Source: Ruditapes philippinarum (Eukaryota). Taken from it: a stretch of 64,000 nt of DNA. Below, one piece after another: positions 1 through 12,791 of this stretch; positions within the stretch are counted from its first letter, which is position 1; every line of letters begins with the position of its first letter. Where the stretch lies: contig NW_026867067.1 in the NCBI RefSeq assembly GCF_026571515.1, positions 62,001 to 126,000 on the forward strand. The letters run 5' to 3'. Made by a program: the position numbers and the translations under genes. The notes under the pieces were generated by a model. The model saw nothing but the letters and a program-made list of their open reading frames with translations, ran no database searches and was not told where the DNA came from.

Positions 1-1099
1 CCACGAGATACTATGTCGTGGCCACGAGATACTATGTCGTGGCCACGAGTTACTAAGTCGTGGCCACGAGATAGCTAAGGCGTGGCCACGAGATAAATAA
101 CCAATCAGATTACACCATATATGTGAATTTTCCTAATTAACTAGACATGTGCTATAGTACAAGGATGCCCCTTCTTCACCAGCCTGTAAAAGTGCCATTT
201 ATACAACTTATTGACTTGTCAATAATTTTACATTTAGCGTCACTGTGACCCTGCTTTTTGACCCAATTATCTCGAAATTATTAGATGTCATATACTGATA
301 AGGTGCAATGATCTTTCTGGGTAACATTAACCATGGCTTATCCTTTCTAAATTATTCATCAGACAAGGATTTTACCTAAGAGGCTATTTACTGTTCATGG
401 GAAATGTTCCTTACAAACAAAATAAACCAGGACTTATTCCTTCTCATGTTATCGTATAAACAAGGTTTACAGGCCGTTGTACGTACAAACTGACCAATTC
501 GATCACAAACTTGCCCAACAAAGAGCTATAATCAAATTTAATGTCTGATGGGCCTTGGAAGGTGACTTTCTAATATGATCTTAAAGACAAGTTCAAAGTG
601 AATATCTTCAGTATTTGCAAAGAATAATGTTGCATATAAAAGTAAGTTGTTAAGTTTAAAAAAATTCATATTATATATAGAGTATTCTGATTGGTTAATT
701 ATCTCTTGGCGACGCTTTAGCTATCTCGTTCCCACGAGTTAGTAACTCGCGGCCACGACATAGTATCTCGTGGCCACGACTTAGCACTATCTCGTGGCCA
801 CGACTTAGTTACTCGTGGCCCCGACATAGCATCTCGTGGCCACGACTTAGCTATCTCGTGGCCACGACTTACTTACTCGTGGCCACGACATAGTAACTCG
901 TGGTCACGACTTAGCTATCTCGTGGTCACGACTTAGTAACTCGTGACCACGGCATAGTATCTCGTGGCCACGACTTAGTAACTCGTGGCCACGACTTAGC
1001 TATCTCGTTGCCACGACTGAGTAACTCGTGGCCACGACATAGTATCTCGTGGCCACGAGATAAATAAAAACACACACATGTCACCTTTGTGCCACCGTA
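1..1099. mobile_element. Foldback non-autonomous DNA transposon with inverted arrays of a ~21-bp repeat (ctcgtggccacgac...); IS3EU-like CCGTA terminus; left end outside window
   Basis: The array at 1-120 is the reverse complement of the array at ~685-1060. The element ends ...gccaccgta at 1099. TAY..RTA termini match IS3EU-type elements. Confidence 0.7.
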
Positions 1100-1104
1100 C
1101 TAAA

Positions 1105-3030
1105 CCACCGTTTTAAATGAGATTTTGGCTTTTTGTCGGCTGTTTTAAGTACAGCAATGCATATTATACCGTATGATTTCGATTTTCGGTAGGCAAGTGA
1201 CATTAACTTATTTTCTGGTGATATAAAAAGTTGAAATAAGTTGATAAAATGTGATTCAAGCCGTTTTAATGTGGTAACGCCGATGTACGTGAATTGTGCT
1301 TCGCGGTAACGCCGGAAAATTTGATTTTTTTCATATATGGCACTGAACTGTTATACAGGTTTAACGCAAATATAATCAAGTTATTTGTGACCTCTTGTAA
1401 GTAAATAAGAACAATAAACTTCGATTGCAAATAAATTGAATATAAAAATAATAGAAAACAATCAATAGAAGATGTGTTTGTATATTTTATGCCTGAAATA
1501 ATACACCTTTAAAGCTTGAAAGTCTCCACATGTCCTTTATTGTGTTGGCGTGATGAGAAACCCAACCAAAACAAATATTTGGCTGTAGCACTTTGCTTGG
1601 TTAACTCCTGTGAAAATGGATTATTCATTTAATTTAATTTTGAAGTGACTTGTATTCAAAAGATATTTTACTTAGAAACTATAATACCCAAAACTTGTAA
1701 AAGCATAACCTTACTGTCCTCTGCTAAAGTTAAATAAATTATAACCCTTGGGGTAAAGATTTACCCTACTCTTGACGTTCCTTATTATATGTTAACTTGT
1801 ATGGGAAAACATTGAAATCTACCGTAAGAGCTTATGCTAGGCATTACTATAGACGTTTTCAAAACTTACAGGTTAATGACCCTAAAAGAAGCCACCAGTA
1901 CAAATACAGAGTGACCATTTGCTCACTCAGTTAACTCATTTGTATAAATACATTAAATATCTAATACCAATCTCTCGGACTTTGAATGAACTGTTCCAAG
2001 ATCACAGCTGAGCAAAACCGTTTCATAAATTTACCAGGTAAAGGGTGACATAGCCTAAAGACAGGTTGAATATATTTTGGTTTCTTAACTCAATGTACAT
2101 GTGGAGTGCTACTAGAGATGTGTTTTGGGAGATTTTATCTATCCATGTCATGAAGGTCTAAAAGTGGACATCCTCATGTTTACTATGCCAAATAATTAAA
2201 GAGTGAGAACAATGAAACATTCTATAATTTAACAAAGCCCATTTTCATAACTACCATCTCAAAGGGTATTGAGAAATTGATACACCGTTGCTACCCCATT
2301 TTTTTCCCTTGAGTGAGACATTTCACGCATTGCCTCGTACTCACTTCAACAAACATTAATTATAATACGAAGCTTATAGCTCCGTGGTTTCAGGGACGGA
2401 TTCGAGACTGTGTCTCTATTTACTACCAATCAATCTAAAATAAATTATGTATAAAATGAATTAAAGTTTCCCCATAAAAATATATTTGAAAAGTGCTGAT
2501 ACTCGCTTATTAATGGCGTTAAACCAGTATAACAGTTCAGTACAATATATGACATAATCACATTTTCCGGCGTTACCGTGAAGCACAATTCACGAACATC
2601 GGCGTTACCTCATAATGACGGATTGAATCACATTTTATCAGCTTATTTCAATTTTTTATGTCACAGAAGATAAGAAAATATCACTTGCCCACCGAAAATC
2701 GAAATTATACGGTATAATATACATTTTTGTACTTATAAGAGTCGACAAAAAGCCAAAATCTTGCTCAAAACAGTGAACAAGTCATCATTTTCACGAATGA
2801 TCTTGAAAAGTAAACATTTTTTTGGAAATTCTCTTGATGAGGGATAAAGAGTAATGTCTTTGCAGCCGTATGCGGCTATTACTTTCTTTCAGTTCGGTTA
2901 AGTAAAACATATATTGGCCAGTTTACTTACCGCGTTGGAAATTCTGTCAGTTATCCGCCATTTATTGCACATTTCTGCGTTACTTATTGCACGAATCGTG
3001 CGTTATTTTCACATTCCGGCGTTACTGGAT
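1105..3030. mobile_element. Large MITE with long TIRs; left arm truncated by the element at 1-1099
   Basis: 1105-1367 is a diverged reverse complement of 2516-2775 (e.g. ggtaacgccggaaaat / attttccggcgttacc). Similar sequence continues to ~3030 without a partner in the window. Confidence 0.7.
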
Positions 3031-3044
3031 ATACACGGTGGTAC

Positions 3045-3400
3045 CGGAAGGCGATAATCAACAATGTGATAACGCGATGGCGACAATACGAACGTGCGAT
3101 GACCACAGTGCGAAAATGCGATGGCGATAATGCGACAGTTCGATAACGCGATGACGACAGTGCGATAACGCGAAGGCGACAATACGATACCGCGATGGCG
3201 ACAACAGGATAGTATTATCGCACTATCGTGTTGTCACCATTGCTTTATCGCACTGTCGTCATCGCGTTATCGCACTGTAGCCATCGCATTATCGCATTGT
3301 CGCCATCGCACTATTGCTGTCATCCACTGTCATATTGTCGTCATCGCATTGTCGCCCCTCTTGATCATTAAATATAACCATGGTCCTAACGGTGTCCGTA
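3045..3400. mobile_element. Foldback MITE of (gcgat/gcgac) short repeats, CCGTA end
   Basis: gcgataacgcgatggcgacaat repeats invert near 3210. The element ends ggtgtccgta at 3400. Confidence 0.65.
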
Positions 3401-3669
3401 CTGTCTCCGTACTACGAGGTCAATGACCAATGACTTGTGCCGGAGATATATCAAACCCGCAGTGTATGGGTATTTAGCGGGGAACTTTATTTCACCACTC
3501 GAGGTCTTTACAAAGAGTTTAACAAATAAAAAGGATCATAACCCCCACTATTCTCAGTGGTTGTGGGTCGGGAATATACAATAATTTACTTGTACATAGG
3601 AAAAAAAACAAAAACAAAACAGATTTTATTCAAAATTAATGTTACAATGAAATAAAATTTGTAAAAATT

Positions 3670-3812
3670 GCGGCGTGGCCGAGTGTTTAACGTGTCGGAC
3701 TGGTAATGTAAGGATTGCTGGCCGTATGGGTACAAACACCGTCAGGTGAGCAAAAAACTTTACACTCATTGCTTAGTACTGGTTCTAGGAACGGATTCGA
3801 GAGTGTTTCAAT
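3670..3812 (+). mobile_element. tRNA-derived SINE (CORE-like body)
   Basis: A-box-like tggccgagtg and degenerate B-box gggtacaaacacc, followed by tgagcaaaaaactttacactcattgcttagtactggtt...aggaacggattcgag. A tail fragment also lies near 2385-2410. Confidence 0.6.
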
Positions 3813-3886
3813 GAACTAATAGGTTCTTAAACAAAAATAAAATAAATTAGTATAAACTAATCTGCATAAAAGTAATGACCCCTTAC

Positions 3887-4216
3887 CAGTTATTTTCAAT
3901 TCTCTTTTTCTGACAAAGTAACCGCATTCGAAAGTAACGTCTGCATAGTCTTGTAGAAATTTACCATGTATCGTAAGATAATACACCTTCATATTTCCAA
4001 TCCATTTGCAATTTGACGTCATATTATCAGAATGTTGTTCTACGCCATAACGACATTGTGGTTTTATTTTGGCCACGTGACCAAAATTGTTCGAGAAATA
4101 GATTATTGTATCGTTTGGTAGATTTTCGGTGTAACAGCAGATGGAAAATGGAGTATCAAACAGAGGGACGTCACATGTTGAAATTTGAACGCTGCCCCAT
4201 GGCGTCATTTCTTGAG
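3887..4216 (-). CDS. Intact phase-1/1 exon paralogous to the first Ig-like exon of the Ig-TM-HECT gene
   Basis: Flanked by tttctag| and |gtaagg, 330 nt, open. QEMTPWGSVQISTCDVPLFDTPFSICCYTENLP...DYADVTFECGYF aligns with ITSWADVQISTCDAPIAYKPFSLCCYTENLP...DYADDIFECGFY at 22393-22722, which has the same length and phase. Confidence 0.8.
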
Positions 4217-5639
4217 CTAGAAATAAAAATGAAGTTTGGGGAAATAACTGTATATTCCTTGATATTTTTATTTAAGAAAACTATAATTCATTCTCTGAGC
4301 TAGTATTGTTAATTTGAGTCTGGCAAATACTATATATACATGTTGTTGTTTGTTTTATTTGTTGTTTTCATCTGCATGCCTCCAGATGAGCCAACAAATT
4401 TCAATAAAATCAAACTTGAGAATGAGTGTTGACATTTTATGAAAGTTAAGAAATTCAATATAAAAGTAATAATTTACACGTTATGTGTGCTTATTGACTG
4501 GTTTTGCAGTATTTTTCACTATATCCCAGATAGCATTCTATATGGGACCCATGTGGGGCCCATATGGGCACCTATATGGGTCCCATTTGGGCTGCCCATA
4601 TGGGCCCCATATAGGAAGTGCAACCGGGTTCCAAATGGGTCCCATCTGGGCAGCCCTTATACTCAATATGGGATTCACATGGGCCCCATCTGGGCAGCCC
4701 ATTTACACAATATGGGCCCCACATGGGCAGCCCTTGTACTAAATATGGGTTTCAAATGGGCAGCCCAGATACTTCCATTATGGGTAGATTTTGAATTCCG
4801 GGGTAGATCTATTTTCAATTACTTCAATTATAAGTTTGCTGGACGTTAAGATAGCAACCGCTTGCTACAGGGCATGATTCTTGTACTTGCATTAAATATT
4901 CAAGTGATGTTTTAACTCATTCCGTTTCCTGGAACAGACAGATTATGGCACAAAGCCTTTATGATCATGCAAGAAAACAATACACAATGTATATGCTTTA
5001 ACAATGTAACTTTATTTAGTAATCTCACTTATGGTAAGTGTATATCATATACATACAGATTCTCAATACATTCTGTGGACGCCTGATGTCAACAAAGAAA
5101 CCTTTACTTATGTAAATAAACTTAGAAAAGTGTACAATATAAAATCCTAAACTGTACATATTTGTAAATCCACAGAATTTCATTTTGACTACATAGTTTT
5201 TAATTCAAAAATACAGAAATATTAATTATTATTCAAAAAGTCCTATGTAGTAAATATTACTTTGGTACACTTAATAAGCAACATGTAATGGAAAACTGTT
5301 TATAATGTACGAACAAAATAATTAAAAATGCAGTTTCATAACATTAGATACCAAGGAAAAATGAAACTTATGCTAGACACTGGTAAAACTTTACAGAAGG
5401 TCTTTGGAACTCCAAGAAATATATGTGTATAATGTTTAAATTTCAGTGAATCAGCAGTATGACCCCAAATGTCTTTTTAACTTTCTACATAATTCATAGA
5501 AAAAGTATTATACATTTACTGTAATTCATTACAAATTTCTATCTACCAATTACTTTCATTTTCAAATGATATAGATCTACATCAATTAATATAAAAAGTT
5601 GTTCATTACAACCATGTATTACACTTTGGTATGGTAGTG

Positions 5640-6390
5640 CTGAAGAAAAAAATGTTATGCAGCTCGTGAAAAGTAACAAATATAATAAACAAAACCTTGG
5701 CACAGTTGTAATACTGTTCATAGATGTGTAAACAAAATATTATGCAGCTGATGAAAAAAAATTAATATAATTAACAAAACCTTGGCACGGTTGTAATACT
5801 GTTCATAGATGTGTAAACAAAATATTATGCAGCTGATGAAAAAAAATTAATATAATTAACAAAACCTTGGCACGGTTGTAATACTGTTTATAGACGTGTG
5901 GACAAAATATGCAGCTAATGAAAAGTAACAAATATAATACACAAAAGGTTGGCACTGTTGTAATTGTCAACAAAATATGCAGCTAATGAAAAGTAACAAA
6001 AAGTAATACAAAAAAGGTTGGCACGGTTGTAATACTGTTTATATAGACGTGTTAACAAAATATGCAGCTAAAGTAACAAATATGATACACAAAAGGTTGG
6101 CACGGTTGTAATTCTGTTAATAGACGTGTAAACAAAATATGCAGCTAATGAAAAGTAACAAATATAATACACAAAAGGTTGGCACTGTTGTAATTGTCAA
6201 CAAAATATGCAGCTAATGAAAAGTAACAAAAAGTAATACAAAAAAGGTTGGCACGGTTGTAATACTGTTTATATAGACGTGTTAACAAAATATGCAGCTG
6301 ATGAAAAGTAACAAATATAATACACAAAATCTTGGCACATTGAAATACTGTTTATAGACATGTAAACAAAATATGCAGCTGATGAAAAGT
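5640..6390. repeat. Tandem array of ~70-85-bp units inside the CACTA-like element (~9 copies)
   Basis: ttggcac(g)gttgtaatactgtt...aaaatatgcagct(g/a)atgaaaa recurs at ~5695, 5780, 5865, 5949, 6018, 6097, 6179, 6248 and 6332. Confidence 0.9.
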
Positions 6391-6726
6391 AAAAAATAGT
6401 TTGTACAAGTTTGTAAAAATCAATAATAATTAAAATGTGATATTTTAGATCAAATTTGTTGTGAAGAAATTCATTAAAAAAATTGTCAGTAAAAATAATT
6501 GGTTTTAGTAATTTCTCCGATATTATCAAAGTTTCAACAATAACAACAATAAAGATTACAAGAATCATCATTGTAAAGTATTTCAACTTTATTTTAAAGG
6601 TTAATACCATATCAATACATGTGTTCCCTGTTAGTGTCAAGTTTTGACAAGATGTTATAATTGTATTGATCAGTATCAAAAACATTCCCCAAGCATTTAA
6701 TGTCTTGATTTAAATAGTAACAATGT

Positions 6727-6836
6727 TTTTTGTTTGTTTCATTTTGCGCCTTTTACGTCATATAGGCGGGTAGTTTCCTAACCATCGTTTCTGGAGAGTT
6801 ACACCAGTACTAGACTACCTTCCTCCGTGCAGTAAC
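6727..6836 (-). mobile_element. 3' fragment of a Meta-SINE-like element
   Basis: The reverse strand reads gttactgcacggagg...tagtactggtgtaactctccag...ggttagg...aaacaaacaa, resembling the body and tail of the SINE at 24080-24580. Confidence 0.4.
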
Positions 6837-7496
6837 AATGTTTAATGGAAAAAAACAACAGCATATAGACAACAGAAAAACAGCATTAATGTCAACAACA
6901 AACATAACATAGCAGCAGAATATACTGACTAGAAGGCAAAATTTGACTTTCCAAGAATTTTGCATTTACAAGAAAGACATGCTATGCTGATGACCTCAAA
7001 CATTAAAATTAGCAACAAAAGTATAACAAGATAAACAAATGAGCCGCTTACTGTAGTTCTGACCCTTATCACATTTTAAAAATACCTTGATACATATTGA
7101 CTTTCAATCAGTGGAATAACTTATATGCAGATGAAGTAAAGGTTTGAAAATGTAAAATAAAAGTCATTTATTTTATGCTTTTGAGTGTATTACTGATGTA
7201 TCCGTGAAAAATATATTTGATAATTTCACAGTGAAATGATTAAAATTTCAAACTTTTCTATGACGAGACTACTTTTTAAAGATTTTATCATCATTCAAAT
7301 TTTTTGAATTCAATAAATAATATCATGGCTATTCAACGTTGATTGTCAAACTTATTTTTCAGCCCAAGACTTCCTGTATTTATGAGAAATTGGACTTAAA
7401 TTCAACTAAAATTGATGTTAACAGTGGGGAAAACAGATTTAATATTAACGTTAATATTGAGGAAATTTCATTAGCATAAAATAAAAAGACACTTTA

Positions 7497-7652
7497 TTGT
7501 TTGTTGTGTAAGATGTAATTTTATATCATTGAAGGAACTTTAAAAAACAGTGTTCTCACGAGCGCATAGCCACTCATGAGAATACTGTTTTTAAAGCTCT
7601 CTTGATGATATAAAATTTCATCTTACACACAAACAAACAAATATCCTCTATA
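7497..7652. mobile_element. Short hairpin MITE
   Basis: ttgtttgttgtgtaagatg...aaaaacagtgttctca is the reverse complement of tgagaatactgttttt...catcttacacacaaacaaacaa. A related copy lies at 48846-48990. Confidence 0.7.
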
Positions 7653-7680
7653 AATTTGCATTTTTAAATTAAAAACATGT

Positions 7681-10217
7681 CTAGTCACTTCCTTCATTTT
7701 CTTCAGGTAAGGTCTCTGACACTTTGTTTCTTGCTTTCCTTCCCCCATCGCGGTCCCGCGCCCCAGCCAGCCACTTTGAAACCTCTATTTCAACATCCTT
7801 CCTCGTTGCAGCCTTTGTCGGCAAGTTCCTTTGGACACATTCTACAAAACAAGCATTCTTATCCTTAAAGAATGAAATGAAGTGAAATGAAGGTATTGAA
7901 ACCATTCAAAGGTCATAAGCCACCTTGTAGCATTTTGAGCAGTATAAATTGGAATATAAACTAATTCTGGTATGTTTTACCAAATAAAGATGTTTGTTTC
8001 CTGGTTTTACATAGCTTTTCAAAATATTTCTGTGATATCGCTGCAGTCAGTTGTAAGCTGAGATCATCTTATCGGTGTATCAGTAAAGAATGTTAAGGTC
8101 AGCAAATAAGTTGCTTTACAGGAAGGTGATTTCTGTTTATATTATGCATCACAACACAATGCATGGGATCAAAACCACACAGCATGTAAAATATTCTCTC
8201 TTATTAATTTCCATAAAAGCTAGTCAAGCATTTTCCTTTATTAAAGCAATACCCGAAGACACAATAACAAGATCTTGGATAATATATCTATTTTGAAGAC
8301 ACCACTTTGCAAATTTGTAAAATATCACTTACTATACAATACATTCAGTATCTAGAGGCCCACAAACTTTTCCTTCCCCTTCAGCCACTTCATATTGTAC
8401 ATTCTTGCCAGTTCATTTGACATGGTTTCTTTCATCAAGCGGTCAACAGTTTCCCGTACATCTGCCATACCAAACATTGAGAGGAACCGCACCTTAAATA
8501 AAGCAGAACATAAACTTTTTTTAATGTTAATTTTAACACTACTAAGTGATGGGCTGCAAGTCACCAAATGACAAATAATTGTCAACTGGACCTCAAAAAC
8601 ATAATCTGCCAAGAAAACTGTTTGGATTGACAAATTAAAAGATCTTCCCTCATATATTTACAGCCTAGGACAACACCTTAGTGACTTGTGCCTTTATGTT
8701 TGTCCCCTCCACCGAGTGTTATGGGGCACATTATCATTGTTTTTTTTTATACAAGAGTTTATTCAATATCAACAGAATAATTTTTGATAATATAATAACA
8801 GCTCAATTCCTGGATTTTGTGGGTACTAGTCATTTTCCTGGTATTTTGAAAGCTGCCAGCATTTTGATTAATGAATTGACTGTCTTGTCCTAATTAATAA
8901 TTAATGTTGAAAACGAGGCCAACTGCCCATGTCTTGTGCTCATGGCTATTATAGCATATATAAATAACATAACTGTGTCAATATGAATCAAAAAATTAAA
9001 ACATGCCAGTTTTTAATTCTGAAATTAATGCAGCAAAGTGTTTGTCCACTGTGCAATATTTTCCAACATAAATATAGCAGAATGATTATACATTATCATC
9101 AAGTGCTCACCACAGACCATTATGTTATTTCGCTTTTAGGCCAGTGGATATGGGGTATACTTTTTTCAGTTACTAATGGAGCAACATACATGACTAACAC
9201 TATGCTTACCACAGATGAGAGCATTGTCTGATCTCCCAGAAGCTTATCGAATGCTTCCATCTGCTCAGGATAACGAAAAGGGAATGAGATATCTTTCGGA
9301 AGTTGCAGCGGTTGGTCATCTGTTGCTGACCTTAACAGCATTCGCTGTACCATCCTCTTAATTTCACGATTCTTTTCTCGCATTGTCCTCAAGACTCGGA
9401 GAATCTGTGTAACAGCAGCTGAAAAAAAGATGTCATAATTCTAAGCCATATACTTTTAGAGCTATGTGTGGTCTGGATCCATGCTGGTCTCAAACCCATT
9501 ATGTTGGTTTTGTCATGACCCGGCTCAAATGAAAAAAATCCAGTATTTTAAATTTTTCCTTGGCTTTAACAGTAATTAACGCTAAAATCTCAAAAGGATT
9601 GTTGAGTGTGCAAGGTCACAAAATGTGAAAATGATAAGAAATCATGAATTAAACTTAACATATTTTTGAGCCTAGGCATGTCATTTGGTGAAAATAAACA
9701 TTCTTGACTCTTCCAGGGACCGTAACTTTGGATAACAGTAGTGGGGTCAGGCAAGAATATGCGCACAAATTCACATCATGATAAAGACTAACATAAGTAA
9801 TCATCAATTTCTTTTGAATATTTTTTGAACTAGGGGCGTCACAAGGTGAAACTTTCCATTTTTGGCTGTGTCACTCAATCCAGCTTGTTATAACATTTAT
9901 TGACTTGTTTTGAGAATATAACATTTAATAAGTATGTACTGTAATAATAAATATATTTATAGCTCCGAAGTTTATACTTACTGGGCCAAATAATCTGCCC
10001 ACGGAAGGGTGTATCAGAAGCACCTTGTATTGGAGAAGCACTTTGCACATCACTGCTGGCCTCTCGCAATGCCTGTGCAGATAAGCGAGGCGGAGATGAA
10101 AGTAGGCTTTGTGACTCTTTGGGCGTTGTTGCTTGGTCAATAACTTGTGGTGGCCTACTCTCTGCGTCTGTCTCATTCTCATCAGTGCCACTATATTCAT
10201 ACAGCCTTTTTGATGGC
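7681..10217 (-). pseudogene. Transposon-borne spliced gene for a DUF4806/BEN-like protein with one in-frame stop; 5' exons degraded
   Basis: GT-AG exons 10217-9982, 9418-9210, 8492-8333 and 7841-7681 join in frame (...LPKDISFPFRYPEQMEAFDKLL...GMADVRETVDRLMKETMSNELARMYNMKWLKGKEKFVGL*ILNVLYKCV...VSKWLAGARDRDGGRKAR). The TAG is at 8352-8354. The family call is from motif resemblance only. Confidence 0.75.
9469..9526. mobile_element. Single TIR fragment of the GAGCC..GGCTC MITE family
   Basis: Matches the right end of 24209-24443. Confidence 0.8.
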
Positions 10218-11810
10218 CTATTTACAATAAAATAAAAATACATTAATAAGTAATTATAAAATACATATACATTAAGTGAGTTATTGCGCCAAGTGACAAT
10301 ATGATTATGACCCGTAATCGGCTGGCAAACATGTACTAGTCTATGTTTACGTACCAAATTGTTGTGCCGCAATTTTGTCTACCAAGGATTTTTAGCACGA
10401 ATGCGTTTGTTTCCCCGATAGATATTTCATGAACGGGAAGGGCTAAAGACTTGGTCCCATTTGGAAGCTTAATACAAACGTGAAAGTGATAAAAGATTTT
10501 TTTAATTGTCTGGACAATTGTTTTCACAACGGCCCGGGAAGTGAATCCCTTGCTTGCAGGCTCGAATCTGGAGTTTCTGGCCTTCTCTTAACTTAAAGTA
10601 TGTTTTTAAAGGGGGGTATAATTTACAATTTTTTTCGGTTTTTGACCTTTTAAAGATGAACACAGGTTTAATTATCTTTCGGGTCATATTTTTTCTTCCC
10701 AGGTCCGATACTCGTGCCTGTGCAACATAGGGCTTGGTTGGTACTTGGAAAAAATACTTGAATTTGTAATAATAAGTATTTGCATTTAATATTTTAAAAT
10801 GCTTATGAATGAAATATTGGTACAAAATGGAAGGGACTTCTAAGGCTAGGAGGGGTCACTGGATTTCAAATGATGGTGTCCCTTTAAAAAAGGATCTCTT
10901 AAAATTTAGTCTAGATAGAAACAATATTATTAAAATGTTAGTGTCGACTCCGTCACAGTTAAGTTATTCAACAATAACAACTATACACATCCATAGGTCA
11001 GCTAAAGTGCCTAATAGTGGGCGTAAATTCTAGAAAATGTCGCAAATTAAACTGACAAAAACTATCGCGAAATTACATGGCAAAGGCAAAAACAAAAAAT
11101 AAATGACGTTTACACTTACCTACACACACAATAAATCTGTAAGGATATAATATGAAAGGTCGTTATACGAAATCGTCGTTAAATGTTCCGAATTGAAATG
11201 AAATATTGTTTTCGTGTACAATTTTACAATTTAACGTTTCAATACACAATTTGATTTTAAGCGGCAGCGGAAATCACGTCTGCGCATGCTTGAAATAAAT
11301 TTTTCATCAAATGCTGATTTTTATAAATTATTTCTGAATTAATAGTCTAAAAACACATTTTTATATTTAGATTATAAAAATTAAAACCAATATAAAAACT
11401 AAACAAATTAATTTCTCGCACCTGCTCAGGCATGCTAATATTTATTGGGTTGCCCGAATGGGACCCATATGGGTCCCTCATGGCTTGTATATATGTTAAT
11501 GCTACGATTTTTATAAAAGATAATAGCAATTTATGCCAAGGTGGTCACACAATAGCTCAAAGTAAGCAAGTTCTAAAGAAATAAATAAACGAAAAATCGT
11601 TTTTCCTTATAGTGCTGTAATATGGGACCCATATGGGTCCAATATGGGCGTACCCAAATGGACTTGCCCATATTGGTCCCATATAGGTCCAATATGGGCA
11701 TACCCATATGGGCTTGCCTAGATATAGCCCATATGGGTCCCATATATGCATGTTTGCTGGGATTTCTACTGCGTTATCAATGCAGTAAGGGCAATTCTGT
11801 ACCTTTTTAA

Positions 11811-12127
11811 AGGCCCATTATGCCTCAGAAATGTATTTCAATTAATTTATCAAAATGTTTTTAATTTTGGTGTATTTTATAGTAATCAAAAACTTATTCA
11901 TTGGCCAATTTTACCGGAACCCATTTTTTCATCAGTCGCTTTTTGGCAATAAGTACATTTATAGTGAATAAGTATTCTGTTTGGGAATCAAAACCTTTTT
12001 AACATTTTGCTACTTTTAGGCTTAATTATTGTACATTTATCGCTAAACATTTTTAAACATCATGAAATTTATGCTTGCACTTTCTAAAGAAGTAAAGCTG
12101 TATTTGTTTCTGAGGCAATATGTGCCT
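11811..12127 (+). mobile_element. TTAA-flanked Kolobok-like MITE
   Basis: ttaa|aggcccattatgcctcagaaa ... tttctgaggcaatatgtgcct|ttga. Six copies occur in the window. Confidence 0.7.
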
Positions 12128-12791
12128 TTGAATTTCCCTTTTTTCGTTAATACTAGTAATCTGTAAAGAAGATTTCAATAATTAGCTTGAATAGGGAGTT
12201 TAGTTAAAAAATGAGATTTACTTTAAAATAAAGGAAAACATAAGATACAGGGATGTATTTTATAATTTAACTTACATTTGGAGTCAGCAATCACTAGAAA
12301 AAATAAAGTTAATGCAAAAGAAAACTCCATTGTCAAATCACAGAATTTAAGTAATTTATTTATAATATTCCATAAACACTTTCCCTTGCATTGTCTGAGC
12401 TAATGTTTTAAATACGTTTAATTATACATTGATATTTTTACGGATAAGCAATTACCAATTAAAAGTAGGTCAATTAATCTATTGTTAATAAAGGAAATGT
12501 GTAGGATAACGGTAATTAGACGGTACTTAGTCAACAAAATAGGCGGATATATTAAGGCGGATATGTTAATTATGATAAAGCTTTCACCGGACACACGTGT
12601 AAGATATGCCTAATTGTAGATAAATTGATGGGCATGTCATCACATGAGCGGTGATTGTACCTAATAGCGTGTAAACATAATTGTTTATTTAATTGTTAGC
12701 TGTCCAGAAACGCATATTTGCAGTTATGAATTATGGGTTGATAAAGTTTAAGACGTATAATATTTTAGTATTTAAGGTAACATTTGTGATG

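Larger units (their letters stand above)
4525..11761. mobile_element. CMC/EnSpm(CACTA)-like non-autonomous DNA transposon, 7.2 kb
   Basis: Termini cccagatagca... and ...tgtttgctggg. Arrays of subterminal atatggg/cccatat repeats at both ends. The 2-bp TSD AT is shown by the empty site at 14571-14590 (ttcactatAT|ttctact). No DDE transposase ORF seen. Confidence 0.85.

Noticed and set aside
4439-4849. 136-aa and 85-aa GP/W-rich ORFs, and similar ORFs at 11557-11810
   Set aside because: They are translations of the CACTA-like subterminal cccatatggg repeats, not genes.
10380-11030. ORFs 10502-10825 and 10809-11033 as a possible transposase
   Set aside because: No DDE/Tnp2 motifs. The sequence looks degraded or noisy and is at best a remnant 5' exon of the DUF4806-like gene.
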